Source: Sphyrna mokarran (lineage: Eukaryota). Taken from it: 64,000 bases of DNA. Made by a program: the position numbers and the translations under genes. Every line of letters begins with the position of its first letter. The stretch's first letter is position 1. Shown here piece after piece: positions 62,095 through 64,000 of this stretch. Under the pieces are notes generated by a model, which was not told the origin of the DNA, did not search any database, and saw only the letters and a list, made by a program, of their open reading frames with translations. Location: NCBI GenBank assembly GCA_024679065.1, contig JAGIQG010000043.1, positions 2,542,001 to 2,606,000 of the forward strand, in the 5' to 3' direction.

Positions 62095-63220
62095 ATGAGT
62101 TTGCTCGGCGTTTGTGCACTGCTCCATCTCTTCCAAGGTGAGATATCTTTGACAAATTCAGATGAGTGGATAATGATTTCTGTACAGTAAATAAAGATAC
62201 TATTTTTACTGAGGGTGAAAGAGATTGAAGACAATTGGTAAATGTCTGGAAACGGGAAGGATTAATTTAAACATATTATTGTCAAATGGAAGTCACTGCC
62301 CGAAAGGCAGATTCAATCGGAAATTTCAAAAGAGGCTGTTTGCTTAAGAATGTGATGGGGCCAAAGTGCCAGAGATATGGGGGAAACAAGAAAAGAGAGG
62401 GCGGGGACTAATTAGATAAATCTGCAATGGTCCAGCAGGGGCACGAATAGCGGAATGGTCTCCAGCTGTGCTGTGCAATGTATGATTATGTAGCTTCGCA
62501 TTCACGTTTAATTTGAAATAAAACACATATTAACGAAGGGGAAAATGTAGTGTATGAATCAATAAATAACAATTAACAAAAAATATATACTGAATTAGAA
62601 TCATCGAATACCTCCAGCATAGAAATAGGATATTCGGCCAATCAGCCAATCACAATCAATAATCCCAAACGTGCCATATCTACGTCACCTTTTGTACGTA
62701 CTCCACTAATCTCCCGGACACTGAGGGCAATTTAGCATGTCCAATCCACATAACCTGCACACCTTTGGACACTAAAGGCCAATTTAGCATGGCCAGTCCA
62801 CCGAAACTGCACACCTTCCGACACTAAATGACAATTTAGCATGATCATTCCACCAAACCCACTCATCTTTGGATGGTAAGGGGCAATTTCGCACGTCCAA
62901 TAGCTAACCGACACATCTTTGGCCTTTAAAGGCAATTTAACATGGCCCATCCACATGGTTTACACATTCTGGAACACCAGGGGACGATTTAGCATGACGA
63001 TCATTTAAATCGTCATGCTATTAAATCCCGGGATATCTGGGTACAGATGAATTCAGGGACTCTGGAGCTGAATGGGAACTACACCATCACCAGTTACATC
63101 AGCGTCTCCACAGAAACTTGGAGTAGCGGCGCTTGCTGTACTTGGCCTGCTCAGATCAACTCTGGTGATCATCTTCTAAGTGAAAGTGTCTCAGCTCAGA
63201 GATATCGGTATTCACAATGA
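62095..63220 (+). pseudogene. Pseudo-A 5' part: intact leader exon (62095-62137) and the 3' half of C1 (63029-63203); V and the 5' half of C1 are deleted
   Basis: MSLLGVCALLHLFQ G|gtgaga; RDIWVQMNSGTLELNGNYTITSYISVSTETWSSGACCTWPAQINSGDHLLSESVSAQR aligns with gene A C1; the canonical Cys is changed to Trp and the donor GT to AT. Confidence 0.88.
62722..63000 (-). repeat. ~45-bp SINE-derived tandem array ending at the pseudo-A deletion junction
   Basis: About 6 units of the caatttagcatg... unit. Confidence 0.8.
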
Positions 63221-63302
63221 TCACCCGTTAATGTACTCCATGTTAATGCGAGACTTCACAGTGAGTGTCTCTTGTAAATTCCAAATCTCTCTAATTTCCG
63301 AT

Positions 63303-63735
63303 CGGTGGCATGGTGGCACAAAGACCAGCATGGCTGCTTCACAGCGCCAGAGATCCAGGCTCAATTCAACCTCTAGTCACTATTTGTGTGGAGTCTGAAC
63401 GTTCTCCCCGTGTCTGCTTGGATTTTCTCCAGGTGCTTGAATTTCATCCCACAGTCCGAAGATGTGGCAGTTAATTGGATTGACCGTGCTACAAAAGCAT
63501 TTATTGTCCAAAAATGTGTAAGCTAGATGGATTGGCCTTGCTAAATTTCCTTTTAGTGTCCAACGATGTATAAACTAAGTGGATTGGCCATGGTAAATTG
63601 CCCCTTAGTGTCAGCGGGATTAGCAACATAAATAAGTGGGGTTATGGGATTACAGACTTTGGGTGGGATTTTTGTTGGTGCGTGGTCAATAGGCCGAATG
63701 GCTTCCTTCAGCAATGTAGGGTTTCTATGATTCTA
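63303..63735 (+). mobile_element. HE1/V-SINE
   Basis: Head, V-core, internal repeats and tail. Further copies at about 13740-14030, 26050-26300, 33400-33650, 35440-35705, 48070-48570, 48745-49175, 49645-49950, 52350-52590 and 56270-56575. Confidence 0.85.
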
Positions 63736-64000
63736 TAAATTCAATCAATCATTAACCTATCACAGGTTTCTCAAAGTTTCACATTCTGAAAATGTACTTC
63801 TTTATTTGTACTCCAGGGAGTCATAGATTCATAGAACCCTACAGTGCGGAAAGAGGCCCTTCAAGTCTGTACCAACCACAATCCCACCCAAACTCTACCC
63901 CCATATTCCTACATATTACTACCCATTGATTCCTCTATTCTAAGCATCGTAGGACACTAAGGGTCAATTTTATCATGGCGAATCAATCTGCACTGTGAGA

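Overview
Eukaryotic, almost certainly cartilaginous-fish (shark/ray) DNA, judged from HE1/V-SINE-type SINEs and CR1 LINEs with (TGTTCTA)n tails. Most of the window is CR1, Rex1/Babar-like, Penelope-like and SINE debris, with two N-gaps. Between the repeats I reconstructed by hand two intact-looking, non-rearranging antigen-receptor-like IgSF genes, both on the minus strand, each built as leader / V / C1 / Cys-TM / cytoplasmic tail with one ITIM-like tyrosine. Gene A (15236->7365, about 303 aa) has a germline-joined VJ with FGNG and a TLYANL tail. Gene B (52791->34311, about 331 aa) has a Cys-rich V without FGxG and an LLYAPL tail. Each intact gene sits head-to-head with a dead copy of the other type: a pseudo-B leader at 21.4 kb and a pseudo-A leader plus half C1 at 62-63 kb. 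An orphan pseudo-A TM/cytoplasmic part lies at 25.4-27.1 kb. Main hypothesis (inference): a divergently transcribed A/B cassette encoding a disulfide-linked, TCR-like but germline-fixed inhibitory heterodimer, duplicated and then reciprocally pseudogenised. All gene models come from manual splice-site and phase reading; no transcript or database evidence was available, so novelty is untested.
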